The translations under genes were made by a program, and so were the position numbers. A model generated the notes under the pieces. That model was not told the origin of the DNA, made no database searches, and was given only the letters and a program-made list of their open reading frames with translations. From Glycera tridactyla (Eukaryota), in contig OZ286466.1 of NCBI GenBank assembly GCA_965644265.1, forward strand, positions 29,698,001 to 29,762,000: a DNA stretch of 64,000 nucleotides, read 5' to 3'. Shown here one piece after another: positions 35,821-48,435 of this stretch; positions within the stretch are counted from its first letter, which is position 1, and each line of letters opens with the position of its first letter.

Positions 35821-38800
35821 CATGAAGAGCGTGAGATGCTAGAGGGGGATGGGGACGAACTAAGAAAATGTGACAAATAGAGAGAATTAGGAAGAAAGCA
35901 TGGGAAAAGAGGAAGACTGAAACGAAGCATGATCAACCAAGATACTGAGACAGTTTAGAACCTGCATGAAATATGTGAGTTCAATCTGCAAATATGCACT
36001 GAATATGCCGGTATATCCACTGAAAATTTGGCAGAATTTCTTCGAAACTGATTCTGATCATGAGAGAAGGAATACTTGGTGAAGTAGAGAACCTTGCCAA
36101 GCCAGCGGCAGATTTTCGATAAAACAATGGGAATCCTGTAATTGTGTAAAATTATGGAGATTGACATTGGTGAAAAAAATTAGCATACATAATCTCATCA
36201 GCAGCAGGCAAGATTCAGGCAAGTTTGGTTGCTATGACAACAGTGATGCAAGCCATCATTATCCAGCTCTAAGTGTTCACACCCTCCGGCTGTCTACAAG
36301 TAACATTTCATGTCAAACCAAACCAAAAAAAAACTCCAAGACAGAATCCTAATCAATTTACCATGAGGAGAGGACCATTCTTGGAATTAAAAGTTTCATG
36401 AATACTCATTTTTTTCACATGGAGTTTGAGAAGATAAAGAATTTTGAATTAACCTGCACACTCAGAAATCAATCTGCTCTATATAACCATGCAGAGTATT
36501 CAAGTGCTGAGCGATCAATTTCAGTCAGCCCCAAAGTGCAGCAGGTTCATTCTCACACACAAACTGGAAGCCGACTGACACGATGCACTCAATACTGGGC
36601 ATGCACGACACCTGGCGGCGGGCATGAAAACCAGTCGTGGAAACACTCTGGTTTTTGAATCAGAATCAACAACTCGTGAGTTCGATGGAGAGCAAGATCC
36701 GAGTGGTGACACCATCGAAAAGAAGAGCCAGAGATCATGAAAACATGGAAGAAACTAATGGAAGGAAGGAAATGGGACTAAAAAGATGGGACCTTCAATT
36801 AGGGATGGTAGGGAAAAATAGAATGAAATGAACTCAGCCTTTTAACAGACACAAACACATCCATGGACATTTTCTCATTCCAGTCAAGGTGACCTTGTCA
36901 TCCCCAATATCTTTCCCTTTCGACCCTCATCTTCAAAGTGTTTTTATTCCATGATCAAATCTGAAAATTCCCTGCACCAAATTTGCAGATGAAGAAACCC
37001 CATTTCTCATATACTCTATTTTGGTAAGCTTGAAAGGTCACTTAATTTGAATAATGACACCGACCTGAAAAACATATCTGCATGAAAAATGGTGGCTTGA
37101 ATTCAGGGAGGGGGAGGGGAGTAAATACTGGTCATCACAGGGTCTGTACTCCTATGTAAATGTCAAATTTACAGACTACTCAAGCAGTATATCAGCACTT
37201 ATTCGGTAAAGTTAAGAAACTCATGTTGGCATGAGAAAATTTTTGCATTTTGGGCAGCATAAATCTCAGGATGCTGCTAATAGGAGCTTGGATGCCAACC
37301 CATTGATGACCAAAATGAGTATCATACAAACTTTTGTAATGTTACATGTGGAATGCAGAAATAACGGCTCAAAAAGAAAGATCATTGACCTGAAATCTCT
37401 TGTCAACTCGTCATTCCATATTGGTGTGATATGACTTCATAACACAGCAACCTTAAAATAAATATAGTAAAGCTCATGGTACTTAATTCAATTTCCAAGA
37501 AGCAATCAGGTGAATTCAAGGAATTCCAAAGGAACCAATCCAGATTCCGAGCATTTACAGGACCTGTGCGACCCCCTTGCAATCAGTATGGAGACTTAAT
37601 GGGTGGGTGACAGGTCCGTGAATGACTCTGCCTCAATCCGCGCAAACAGATCGATGAAATAGCAGATAAATTCACAACACTTCCACTTCCAACCTCCCAA
37701 ACTCAAAACAATCCTGCAGCGAGCCTCTGCTTCTCCCACAATCATTGAATCAATTCACAGCTTGGCTAAGTGTGCATGCGATTGATTTTGTTAAGTGGAG
37801 ATATGATATCATGCAGTGGTGAATGGGTTGCGACGGAGTTCTGAAAAGACCCCCAGTGAAAATGGAAATGGGTATTGATCGGATGTCGCACGTACCCGTG
37901 TGACTTCTAACGCACAATTTATGATTTACGACGCAAGCTTATAATTCTGACCGTCAAGTCGGCATTGGGGATCAGTGAGTAGGGCCATGATTAGAGCCTC
38001 ATCACAGGCAGCATTGAGTTCTGATCAATAGCAAGGCATTCAGCGACGTAAATGGCACGCAGGGCCCAACGCACTTGTCCGCTCTGCGGGCATGCAACGA
38101 AGACGATGATGACGACGATGGTGACAACCTTCACAGAAGCTGGAGTTACGCCCCTGCGTTAACATGCCATGACAACAACCGTCGTGCCATTGCAGAACAC
38201 AAGATAAGAAGCCAAATGTCAAAAGTCACCTTCCGGCTGACTTTTTTCTTGGATACCTTGCCGCCAACGTCAAAAGCGAAAATGGCGAGGGAGCTATTCA
38301 GCGGGGCTTTGATCATGCAGGCACCACTCTCCATCCTGATCAAATTATATGCCGCATGCATGAATATGCCTCGCTGACGGCAGCCGACAGCTCTCTGGCC
38401 ACCTTCCAGAATTCCATCCCAGATTAGATCTAACGTAATTTATTGTTGAATCTAACACGCATCCACTTTTATTTCTATTCATGGTTTTTTATCCATTCCA
38501 TGGCCGAACAATTCTCCGGCCGTTGAGTTACATGCACATGTCAGTGTGGTGGAAGAATGGTGCCACACATGACTCCTAACGGGTTTCTCCTAGGCAACCC
38601 CCATGATACAAGCAAACTGACCTCTCAATACCACGGCAGGCCAGCTTGAATTTATCAAACACGTATTTCAAGCCTACAGTCTTTTCTATCAAGACAAGTG
38701 CAATCCTTCCCACGTTCCAATGGGCTGGGACAGTCTTTTAGATAAAAGGACACAGGAATAATGACTCCATTTGCCAGACACCGCCACATAGAAATTAGCA

Positions 38801-41800
38801 TCTCTCACCTTTCATTCCCATTTTAGACAACTGCAGAAAAAAGTACATCAGAAGATGTGGGAAACCTTCTAGGATAGGCATCAAACTTAGTTATGTACCG
38901 TTAATTTCTGTACAGTATACATGAATGATTCCCTCTTCCAAAGCCACCATCATAGACGGATGAACAGAAACATTGTACTCATATCAAAAACGGTTATCAG
39001 GTCATTTGGCTACTTCTCAGTTAACTCACTGCGATGTGGTTGTGGATTGACTGAATAGCAGCAAGGATCAAAATGAATGTGGGAATCGAAGGGTGGGAGG
39101 CGAGAATGTACAGAAGTGATGATATTTACTCACTCCTGACTTGTCTGTCGTCATCGCGCGCAGGAATACGGATGACACGTCTCGGCTAGGTTGACACAGC
39201 TTGGCAGCGTACATATATTCCCTATACATATTTGATGACCCGTACACTTCTGAAATATCATGTCATCGCCAAACGTGTAACTCCCCGCATCTCACTCGCA
39301 GTGTTACGCTCAAGTGCAACGAAAAGTGACCGAAATCGCTCCGGCGAGACACAGACACGTTGACGTTAAAAGGATGAATTATTGACCTTGAAGTGAGATG
39401 ACTGAGCTGGCCATACACCCCGGGAATCAATTACAGCTGAACCTATCTTAAGAAGTCCAAACAAGAAACCCATCTCAAGCAACTGGTGTTGTTATCCGAT
39501 TGAGAGAATATTACTGCAGGGTGTGAAGTCATCAATAAAATTAACCAATCCGCCTGGAGAATCAACCAGCCTAACTTGAATATACAAAACAGAGTACCCC
39601 CAGCCTCTACAGAAATCCAGCGATACAGTGGTGTGAACATACAGCTGTTATTACAATTTCTAGTCAGCAATATGCATTCCGAAAAAGAAAATAATTATCT
39701 GATGGTGGAAAATTTTGATGATGAAGAAACTGTCAGAGGCAAGAGAGACCAAGAGAGGCAGCCGAGCAGAGCGCCATCTTGGGCCACTTTGTGTCACTCG
39801 ACATGGGGGAGTTTCTTATCGGCACAGGCAAGGAGGAGTTAACAGGACTAGCTTGCCCAGGGCAAGATGATGTATCTAGGAAGGCAGCCATATTGGCTCT
39901 AATCATCTGATTATTGTATGCAGGCGGTCGACACTTGCGCCGACACCGCCGCTCTATTACACGTGACCAATGCCCATGTTAGGTGATGAAAATGAGCACC
40001 TCTTGATGAGAATGAGCGAACATATCCCGATGAGCGAGTGCGTCTCACTGATGACGACAAAATGCATGAACGTCTCCGACCGGCGTCTTCCAATCGCTGA
40101 TGCCACATGGCATTTTGCGGTCCCATCTGTGCGCCGATTATTATTTGGATCACACATACAACACGTTAGTGGCCCCATATCGATGCAAGGTTGGCCAAGG
40201 TCGTGTGCAAGTAGATCGGCGAATGCAAAAAAGTGGATTGCATTGTTACCAGCGGTGAGAGTGTTCTCATTGTTGACGGCGACTTCTTGGCATGTCACAT
40301 CAATCAGTGGGGTATTTATAGCAGTTGACCATTGCCATGCCACACGCAGCTATTCCGGATGATGGCCATAATGGATAGTAGGAATCTACCTGCCCACGGG
40401 GCTTGCCGATCCATAATTCTAACCTTACCAGCCCTATTTGTACACTATACAGATAGTTATGATGCCAGTGCTTGCAATGATAACATGAGGAAATATTGAA
40501 TTGTTCAAGAATAAAATGGCTTCTGAGAGTAGTCATTAAAAATAATATTCAACAGCACTCAGGGGTTCAGCAGTTTTTTCCCACCACATCGCTACCCACA
40601 TCGCTACCCACATGAAAATGAAATTTCGAGTCCCTGCTTCTCCTCCAATCAGCTGAATTGTAACAGGAGGGGACTGGATGAACTCGCAGTATACTAGGCA
40701 AGCGCAGTATATACTATATGTTGACCTTGGAGCCAATGAACATTTGTTTGACAATGTAATTAAAGCATTTATTGAAGAAGTAAATTAAATGTCTGCTAGC
40801 AAGAGCAGTCAAGATCTGACCCCGGCGGTGGCTTTCTTGCCTACAACAAGACGCACATCACATCTTGGTGGCTTTTGATGGCTGCTAAACATGAAAGGCC
40901 ATACATTTTTAGAGAGTGCTCCACTAGCTTGATAGGAAACAAGTGATTGGCTAAGCCTGCAATCAACAACAAACCCAGTCATCACAATGAATGGGGGAGG
41001 GTCGTTCCCCAATATTTGGTCATTTCAACTCCCAGCATGTCACAATGAATAGCCACTAATAGATGTGACAAAGTAAATTCTGCAGGGAGGTGGTCCTTCC
41101 TCAAGAAGTATATCTGGCTATGCTTGTATGTGGACAGGGCTTTTCTGGTTTATTTTAAGTGTGTGGTTGTTTTGTTTTGGTCTTTGTTCACCATTTATTG
41201 TAACTGCCACCCATCCCACCAAGATACATTGGTTTGAATAATATCTAGATACACATAGCAACCAAAACTTACCAACATCTAGTGCAACAACCCCCCCCCC
41301 CCAAAAAAAAAATAAATCCAAAGAGATCATTGTGCTTCTAATCACAAGATCTGAAGTGATTTTCGGTGACCTACTTTAGTTGACCTAGTTTCTCCACGCT
41401 TGCAAGTTACGAGTGGTACGCTCTCAGACCAGATGAGGCGGCCAAATTTCAGAGTGGTGAGTCAGGATACACTCCATCACGGAGAGGCAGGATGAGGAGG
41501 AGGAGGGAGGCGAGGATGAAGAGGATGGAAAGAAAGGGTACGAGAGAGTAGATTCTATGCTCTACTAGCCAGCCAAGGAGACGACTACATCGATGATGAC
41601 AGCCTCGGCTCTAGGCTCTCTCTAACCTACAGTGCTCCTTGTCTAACACCAACCTCCCTTGTCACTACTCCGCTTCGGGCATCAACTCTTCATCTTCCAC
41701 TTTCTTCAAGAATGGCTAAACCTGTTGAGAAACACTTCCTGAACTGGCAGATCAGCAGGCAAAATTGGGATAAGTCTTAAAAGTCGAAAAATATCAGAGC

Positions 41801-42186
41801 AAAAATCCTCTCACTAATTGATGACTTCAAAAGCATAATGGACCTCTTGGAACTAATGATAAGAGTTATTACTCTTTGGTACTATATACTGGATTGGCTT
41901 GGCCTGAAGTGCCTTGATGGAGACTAGGTGCTGCAGATCGGTCACTGGGGACCCCCAACAACATTTGTTTTCATAATATGGCAAATATTTTATAACAAAC
42001 AGCTGTCGATGCTTCATGAAATATTTGCACAGCAAGCCTCACTCTGGGTTTTCTCATAGTGGAGTAAGCTGTAAGCATACTGTGTACATAGGACACGTCT
42101 ACAATCTAACCAGACAAGGCAACAAACTGGATGAGCTGAGGAAAGATCTCACAAATGACATCTACATGCCACCAATTTCTTGTCGT

Positions 42187-42300
42187 TCAGACAACCATAT
42201 TTGACATATACATGGTCTCAGTTTGTTGTCACTCTGTCAGACAACCATGTTTGACATTTACATGGTCCCAGTTTGTTGACGCTCTGTCGACCATGTTTTT
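42187..42300. repeat. 50-bp tandem repeat, 2 copies plus a partial third
   Basis: tcagacaaccatatttgacatatacatggtctcagtttgttgtcactctg / tcagacaaccatgtttgacatttacatggtcccagtttgttgacgctctg. Confidence 0.9.
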
Positions 42301-42464
42301 ATTGCCGTACATTCACCACTGTCAACAATATTGTTGGCTCTCCACCTAATGTGCACAAAGTTAACAAGAAGCCGACAATATAAACTTGACTTGTCCACTA
42401 ATTTGAGTAGAAATGTTCCCAGGCATAAGAGAATACTATGTGAACTTCAGCTGTCCATCTGGGA

Positions 42465-42634
42465 GGTGAACTAGGATTTTCACCGGCCTGCACAATATTT
42501 TCACCTGCAGATGATCATAAAACTAAATAATGGTTGTGTACTTGCCCATCGGACAGGCAGACTGAATAAATTACCAGTTCCAAGACTGGATCTGCTTGTC
42601 TGTCAGAAGCTCAAGCATTAGCATTGAACTCTAG
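42465..42634. mobile_element. older degenerate copy of the CAGGG hAT-like MITE at 17444
   Basis: Shares aatattttc, atctgcttgt and attagcat blocks in the same order; the terminus has decayed to gaactctag. Confidence 0.45.
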
Positions 42635-45600
42635 GTTGGCATTTTCGACAGAACAGACTCTTCAAACCGAAACAAACTATGCAATATTCATACATCCATT
42701 CCAGGAAGTATCCTGACTTCAAGGAAATAGATCATGGGGTTGTTTGCGTAGAACAGATTACATATTTCTGAAGATGGTGTAGGTCGCCTAATGCTGGAAA
42801 CAATGGTCTAGAAGAACCATGTAGTCCCTCTGAATTTACCTAATCATGGGTGAAATTGGTCCCCAGTAGAGGAAGGAATGGAGAAAGATTCACTGCCCTC
42901 TAATCTCAACCTCCCAGTCAGTGCTGGGTACCTAGACATGACAGTAGGTCAACTAGCACTCACACTTGCTCAACTCTGAGTTCAAATCCCCATTGACTCG
43001 GCATCTTCCACACAAGTCAAGTCATGTCAAGTCATGCCTGCGAGATTTTATTTCAATGGAGAGCACAAAGAAGATCGCATATCTTATTCAAAGACAAGGT
43101 CAGGGAAGTGAAGCAGGGAAGTGGGGCAGGTCGGGGTAAAGCGAGATGAAGTGGAAATGCTGGTTGATGTGCTGGTGCCAATGTCAGCATGTAGTGCTCG
43201 TTCATTGCAAACACTGGCATGCAAGATACAAGCGGACCTTCTTCTACATGGTTTGGCCACGAGCCAGCCCTGTATGAATGGCAGTTCAGCCACGATTGAA
43301 TTGAGAAGAGCATAATTGGGGTTCTCTCAAAATTACAGTCAAAACCTCTCTCACATGTGGAGGCTAACTTACATGACCTCAAACTCAGCTGACCCCAAAC
43401 TCTGCGAAATAGCTCCTTCCAGTTGCCATGGGAATAGCTCCTTAACCTTCAAATTGCCATGGTTCGCTTTGGACTTCTACTTGCCCTGAGCAATGAGCAA
43501 CTTTCAATCCTGTGAGGCTGAAATACTTCCTAGTAGATCAACCCATCGAATCCTCCTCCGTCCTACTAGGTTTTTTTCCCATTCAACACAGACTCACCAT
43601 CAACTGGCTGGAGGCCAAATCGTGACATATCCGAACAAAACCAGCTGATAGGAGAACGCGAACCTCACAAATAAAAAAAAGGAAAACATCCAACAAACAA
43701 GCTGGAAAGCTATTGCAGTAGCTGAGTATTAATGCCAAGAAAAATCGCGCACTGCTGGAAAGATCACCAAGCTGTTGTGCATGGCGAGATTGACAGGTAA
43801 TCACAGAACCCACCTGAGACAGTGGCAGAAAAACTATTGAAAATGGCTGACGCAATACAGGAAGTACACAAGACTCAACCGGGGAAAATAATGAGGAGAA
43901 AAACTCATTAGAAATTTCCGTTGAGGGAATTCAGCCTTTCTCAACAGCTTAATACAATGAGGTGAATGAATGTTTGACTATTTTAATAACATGGGCTTTT
44001 TACACTGTTGCAAATGGGCAATCCGATGTTCAAATCAAATCTCTTTTTTCTGGTTGTCTGTTACTTACAGTGAAAAGATTAGGCTTCACATTTTCACATT
44101 GCCGATTGCCAGAAGTGGCCAACGTCCAACCCAAGCAATCCTAGTCCAACCCAAGCAATCCTGATCACTTTCAGCATGAGTGCACCATTTGAAGGAAGAC
44201 AATCAAGACATATCTGTCTCTGGCCCCAAATCTGCAGAACGAAAAACAGATTACCCCTGCCTTCAACAACAGCCGCAATATCCAAGGGCAATAGGCTACT
44301 GCAGAGATGACCAGTCCCACAGCTGACCAGACAGTCTTGTCTGGGGCTCAGTAGAGGCAGAGACCTATCCAAGGTCTCTGGTAGAGGTCAACCAGTGCTG
44401 GCCAGGAGAAGGGGTACAGCTAAACACCCCTCAGCCCACTGTTGCCGGTAGTCTGGGAGGTTGTGCAGGGTGTGGAGATTCACCCCAGGGTAAACTGACA
44501 GGAATCTGTCATGGCTGGTATGTTCATTGCATTCCCAGCCAAGCCTTCTCTCCTCCTCATACAGGAGAGCTTCCATCGGCAGATGATCTATCTCAGAGGC
44601 ACTTGGCTTTATGTATGCCGCATTCTTATTGGCCAAGTGGACTGGTGTCACATGTGTAAACAAGCGTGATTGATCGGTTCCAGAGTGTATAGCTGAATGC
44701 AAGTGGGCATGCAATACATGCACCATGTAAACCCGCCCCTGATTGGACAAACAGAACCCAACCCCACCATGTCCTCTCACAATGACACCAAGGTATGTGC
44801 ACATATAAGCTCATTTCCTATTGGTCAGTTGGACAAAAGGCACATGTGTCAACAGATGTGATTGATCAGCCAAGTATTGAATAAGTTGCACTCAGTGGTC
44901 TCCACACAAGCTAGCCCAGCTAAAGGTCAGGTGGCAACACAAGTGGTATCTGACCTATCATGCATACAATGAATTGAACTGAAGAAAAACTAAATGAAAA
45001 CTTCCAAGAAAATCTATCAAAGTACCTTATTTTTGACATTTTTCAAGATTTTGGGTACAGTGATGTCGATAAGATGTCATAGAATTTTCAGAAATATGGA
45101 TGATTCTTCGGAAATTGGACTAAGTAAGCTTTTTTTCTCTCTCACTATTTTCAGAATTCCAAAATTCTCGAAACACTAGCGTCACACCTGCAAAACTGCT
45201 AGTAGAATCATGAATCATGATATAAAACCATGCCCTCTGCTTTTATGCTATGGATGGTCATATTTGCACTAGAAAACATGGAAATCAGCTGATTGGTGCA
45301 CCAATCACACCCCTGATAAATAGTCAATGTGGAAGGTGGGTAAGGAGCTGGTCATATTTGGAGAAGAAGACAGTATGAGAAAGTGGATCATAATGAAATA
45401 CCATGGTTTGCTTCAAAAGTGGTCATCACAGGGAGGATGGTGGCTTCACAGACATGGTCATCTGAGTGGAATTGCATGTGATCCGAAAATGAGGGGGAAA
45501 TCTGTCGCACAAGGTAGGTTCAGGTCAACTGGAGAGAGCATTGTGTGAAAGCTTTTCCTGCTCCCATAAAATCAGTGTTGTCATGCCAGCAGTGAATAAT

Positions 45601-45868
45601 GGCACCACAGTGAATCTTGTGACATGCTGCATCTCTCTACGCCAGACTCCCAGGCATGTTTCACTAAGCCGCAAAGTGGAGTAATCGCCTACAGTGACTT
45701 CGGTCTTCTTTGAAAATTGCAGCAAAAGAGTCTGCTTCAAGTTGATGTGAAGCTGCACTTGGATGAAATGGGCCAGTGATGGGGATGGGGAGGGGGTCCA
45801 GCCGCAGCACGAAAGCCCAGTCCAATGTCATTACACAGGAAGGACAAGTCACTGGGTCGAATAGCACC

Positions 45869-46045
45869 NNNNNNNNNNNNNNNNNNNNNNNNNNNNNNNN
45901 NNNNNNNNNNNNNNNNNNNNNNNNNNNNNNNNNNNNNNNNNNNNNNNNNNNNNNNNNNNNNNNNNNNNNNNNNNNNNNNNNNNNNNNNNNNNNNNNNNNN
46001 NNNNNNNNNNNNNNNNNNNNNNNNNNNNNNNNNNNNNNNNNNNNN
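45869..46045. other. assembly gap (177 N)
   Basis: Run of N; ORFs crossing it are artefacts. Confidence 0.99.
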
Positions 46046-48371
46046 ACAACCTACATACCCTTTGTCTTCATCTACACTTACTTGAATCATTACAGCAATT
46101 ATTCCCAGTCCATATGCAGAGTTCATATAGTGCAGTAGAGATATCACCATATTGAAGGCATTTGCAATACCCAGGACCTAGACTTTTCAGACAAAATTAT
46201 AACTACTACAATAGCTTGTGCCTTTGGTTAGTGACATCCACTGATTGTTTCCTTCTCTCAATGATTGCAACCAGTACCAATGCAACCTGATGTCCAGTCG
46301 ACTGTTTGAAACAAAAAATGGTCTTGCAAGTTTAAAGCAATTTCAAAGTCAATGAGATATTTTTGGATGTGTAGCAACATCGAACCTGAATGACGCACCA
46401 TTTTCACAGCTTTTTTTGAAAGCTAATTTTGAGGCCTGCATGAATGCTGACATAGTGGCTATCTATTCCTGTTGAACAGCCCCAAGCAAGTAGCATCATG
46501 ATAAATAGACAAGGTGATTATTTTGGATCTTCACAAATGCCTCCTTAAAATATGGCAACGTATGCATTAGCTCTGGCCCCGGTTTAATGAGTGGTGGAAG
46601 TTTTTTCTTATACTAAACCTGTCACCAAAGTTGATTTTATATATTAAACCTATCAGTGTGGTGAGTTGAAGCCTTGTTCGTCAAGAAGAACGAAGGTAGG
46701 AGTTCTCCCCGTGGCATTTATCTTCTCCTGGTGACAAGACGCTTTTTGAGTCACGCACAAGATTGCTCTTCCACACACATTGATCTTTCTCTCAACCAGC
46801 TTTTCCTCAAAGACTTAAAACAATTTCATTTGTTCTCTGACACAGGCTCAATTTTCTCCCAGTCTCCGAGGTTTCAGGTGGTAAACATCAACTCCAAGGA
46901 ATGATTTTGTACTTCTCACCTCTGATGAGATGAAAGAAAGTGAGCTGATGATACAAAACCTGGCATCGTAATAATATGTATATGGGATATAAACCAAATT
47001 CATTCATAAGACACGCGGAATCGTCTCCATGATTAATAGAGGGATCATGGAAGCTATGAATACTAATCACATATGTACACGTCAGTTGGTTGTGATTCCA
47101 TGAATAGTCGGAATCTGGTTTGTATTCCTCCTCAAGGACTTTCCAATGACAATCCATTTTGGATTTATAGCAACTATCAAGTGACATTTGGCTCTCAATT
47201 TCAAGAATTAATTCAGATGAGCAGATTTTCTGGATCCATGAAATTTTCTTGAAAGTGGTAAAAATGATAACACGGAAATGGTCAGCAAACTGAACTGCCA
47301 ACTTAAAAAGTGATCCAAAATAGATATTGTGAAAGATTGTCTGAGCAGGACAAGAGTTGAACACAACGCCAACAATATGGAGCATCTCTTGGGAAACATG
47401 ACAAAGGGGACCAGTTTGTGAATTTATACCACCAGAGATGGACAGGTCCCCTCCGCAACTGTGTCAACACCTCCACAGATCATCGCGCCATATAGCATGG
47501 TCACCTGTCAAAAATGGCCGCAGATTGACCATTACATCGTGCAGCGGCCAACACTTACTGCCAGAAGCATGGCCGCTAATTTCTATACATGTGCCACCAT
47601 GATTTGCCTTGGCAGCGTGCATTAATTCTGCCTTGGATAAGTCAATGTTACGCTAAGATGGCCGCTCTCTGTGTCATCCTACATCCGGCGCCACATCCGA
47701 GGACCTCCAGCGAGGTAGACGGCAAAGCGCACATGCTGCGCTGCAAATAATCGTGAGTAGAACGCAACGGAAATATGAAGATGGACTCGAGACCACAGCA
47801 CTTCAGCCTCATATTGCAAACTGCATTCAGCCCCAGGCGATTCAGACTGTAACCCATTCCCATTGATAATGGCGCTAACAAATTCTACTGAATCAAAAAG
47901 AAGCGCTTTCGGAGTTCGAGGAAATTAATTTCTAGCCACTGAGATATCTTTGACTGTATATTGCACCGTGGATTTCCAGACAAAACCCCTTCCCAGAATT
48001 TTATGACAACCACAAGAGTCCCAACAAAAAGCTGTGATTTCAGAGGAGTGGAGAACACCTGATGGTCTCATGAATGACTCCATTGCCACCAACCGCAATG
48101 AGATTGGTGGTGTTCTCGGCCAAACTGAGCATCATTAGTCAAGCATCATAAGCAAGCAGATTTTGCACAGCGATTATCAGAGGCTAATTCAGCAGGGCAG
48201 AAACCGTCAATAACGATGACAACGGAGCCGAAGAATGCCTAGTAAACGAGACATTCGTTCTGAGACATTCGTTCTGACAGAGATACTGGGACAAGATGCA
48301 ACATGCTCCTTGCCAAGAGGCCTGTCATCGTCATCGACATGAAGGTTAGCATCTTGCATAGCAACAAAGCA

Positions 48372-48435
48372 GCTGTCATCCATGCTGCAGGGCCACTTGG
48401 TCCCTGTGGATGGGCCCTGCAGCAGGGATGATGGC
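48372..48435 (+). ncRNA. pre-miRNA-like hairpin (structure seen, expression unknown)
   Basis: 23-bp stem gctgtcatccatgctgcagggcc / ggccctgcagcagggatgatggc with one mismatch and two G-U pairs, and an 18-nt loop. No match to a miRNA family I recognise. Confidence 0.3.

Noticed and set aside
39703-39842. ORF segment with a GKR motif suggesting a neuropeptide precursor
   Set aside because: No signal peptide, a single dibasic site and no repeated peptide.
42940-43010. tRNA/SINE B-box-like gagttcaaatccc (also gggttggatccc near 17698)
   Set aside because: No matching A-box at proper spacing and no cloverleaf.
45290-45307. 18-bp perfect palindrome tgattggtgcaccaatca (inverted CCAAT boxes)
   Set aside because: About 0.24 such palindromes are expected by chance in 64 kb (64000/4^9).
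46888-47385. 165-aa minus ORF with KISWIQKI, faintly like L1/Tx1 ORF2
   Set aside because: No reverse-transcriptase, endonuclease or zinc-knuckle motif found nearby; AT-rich and probably chance.
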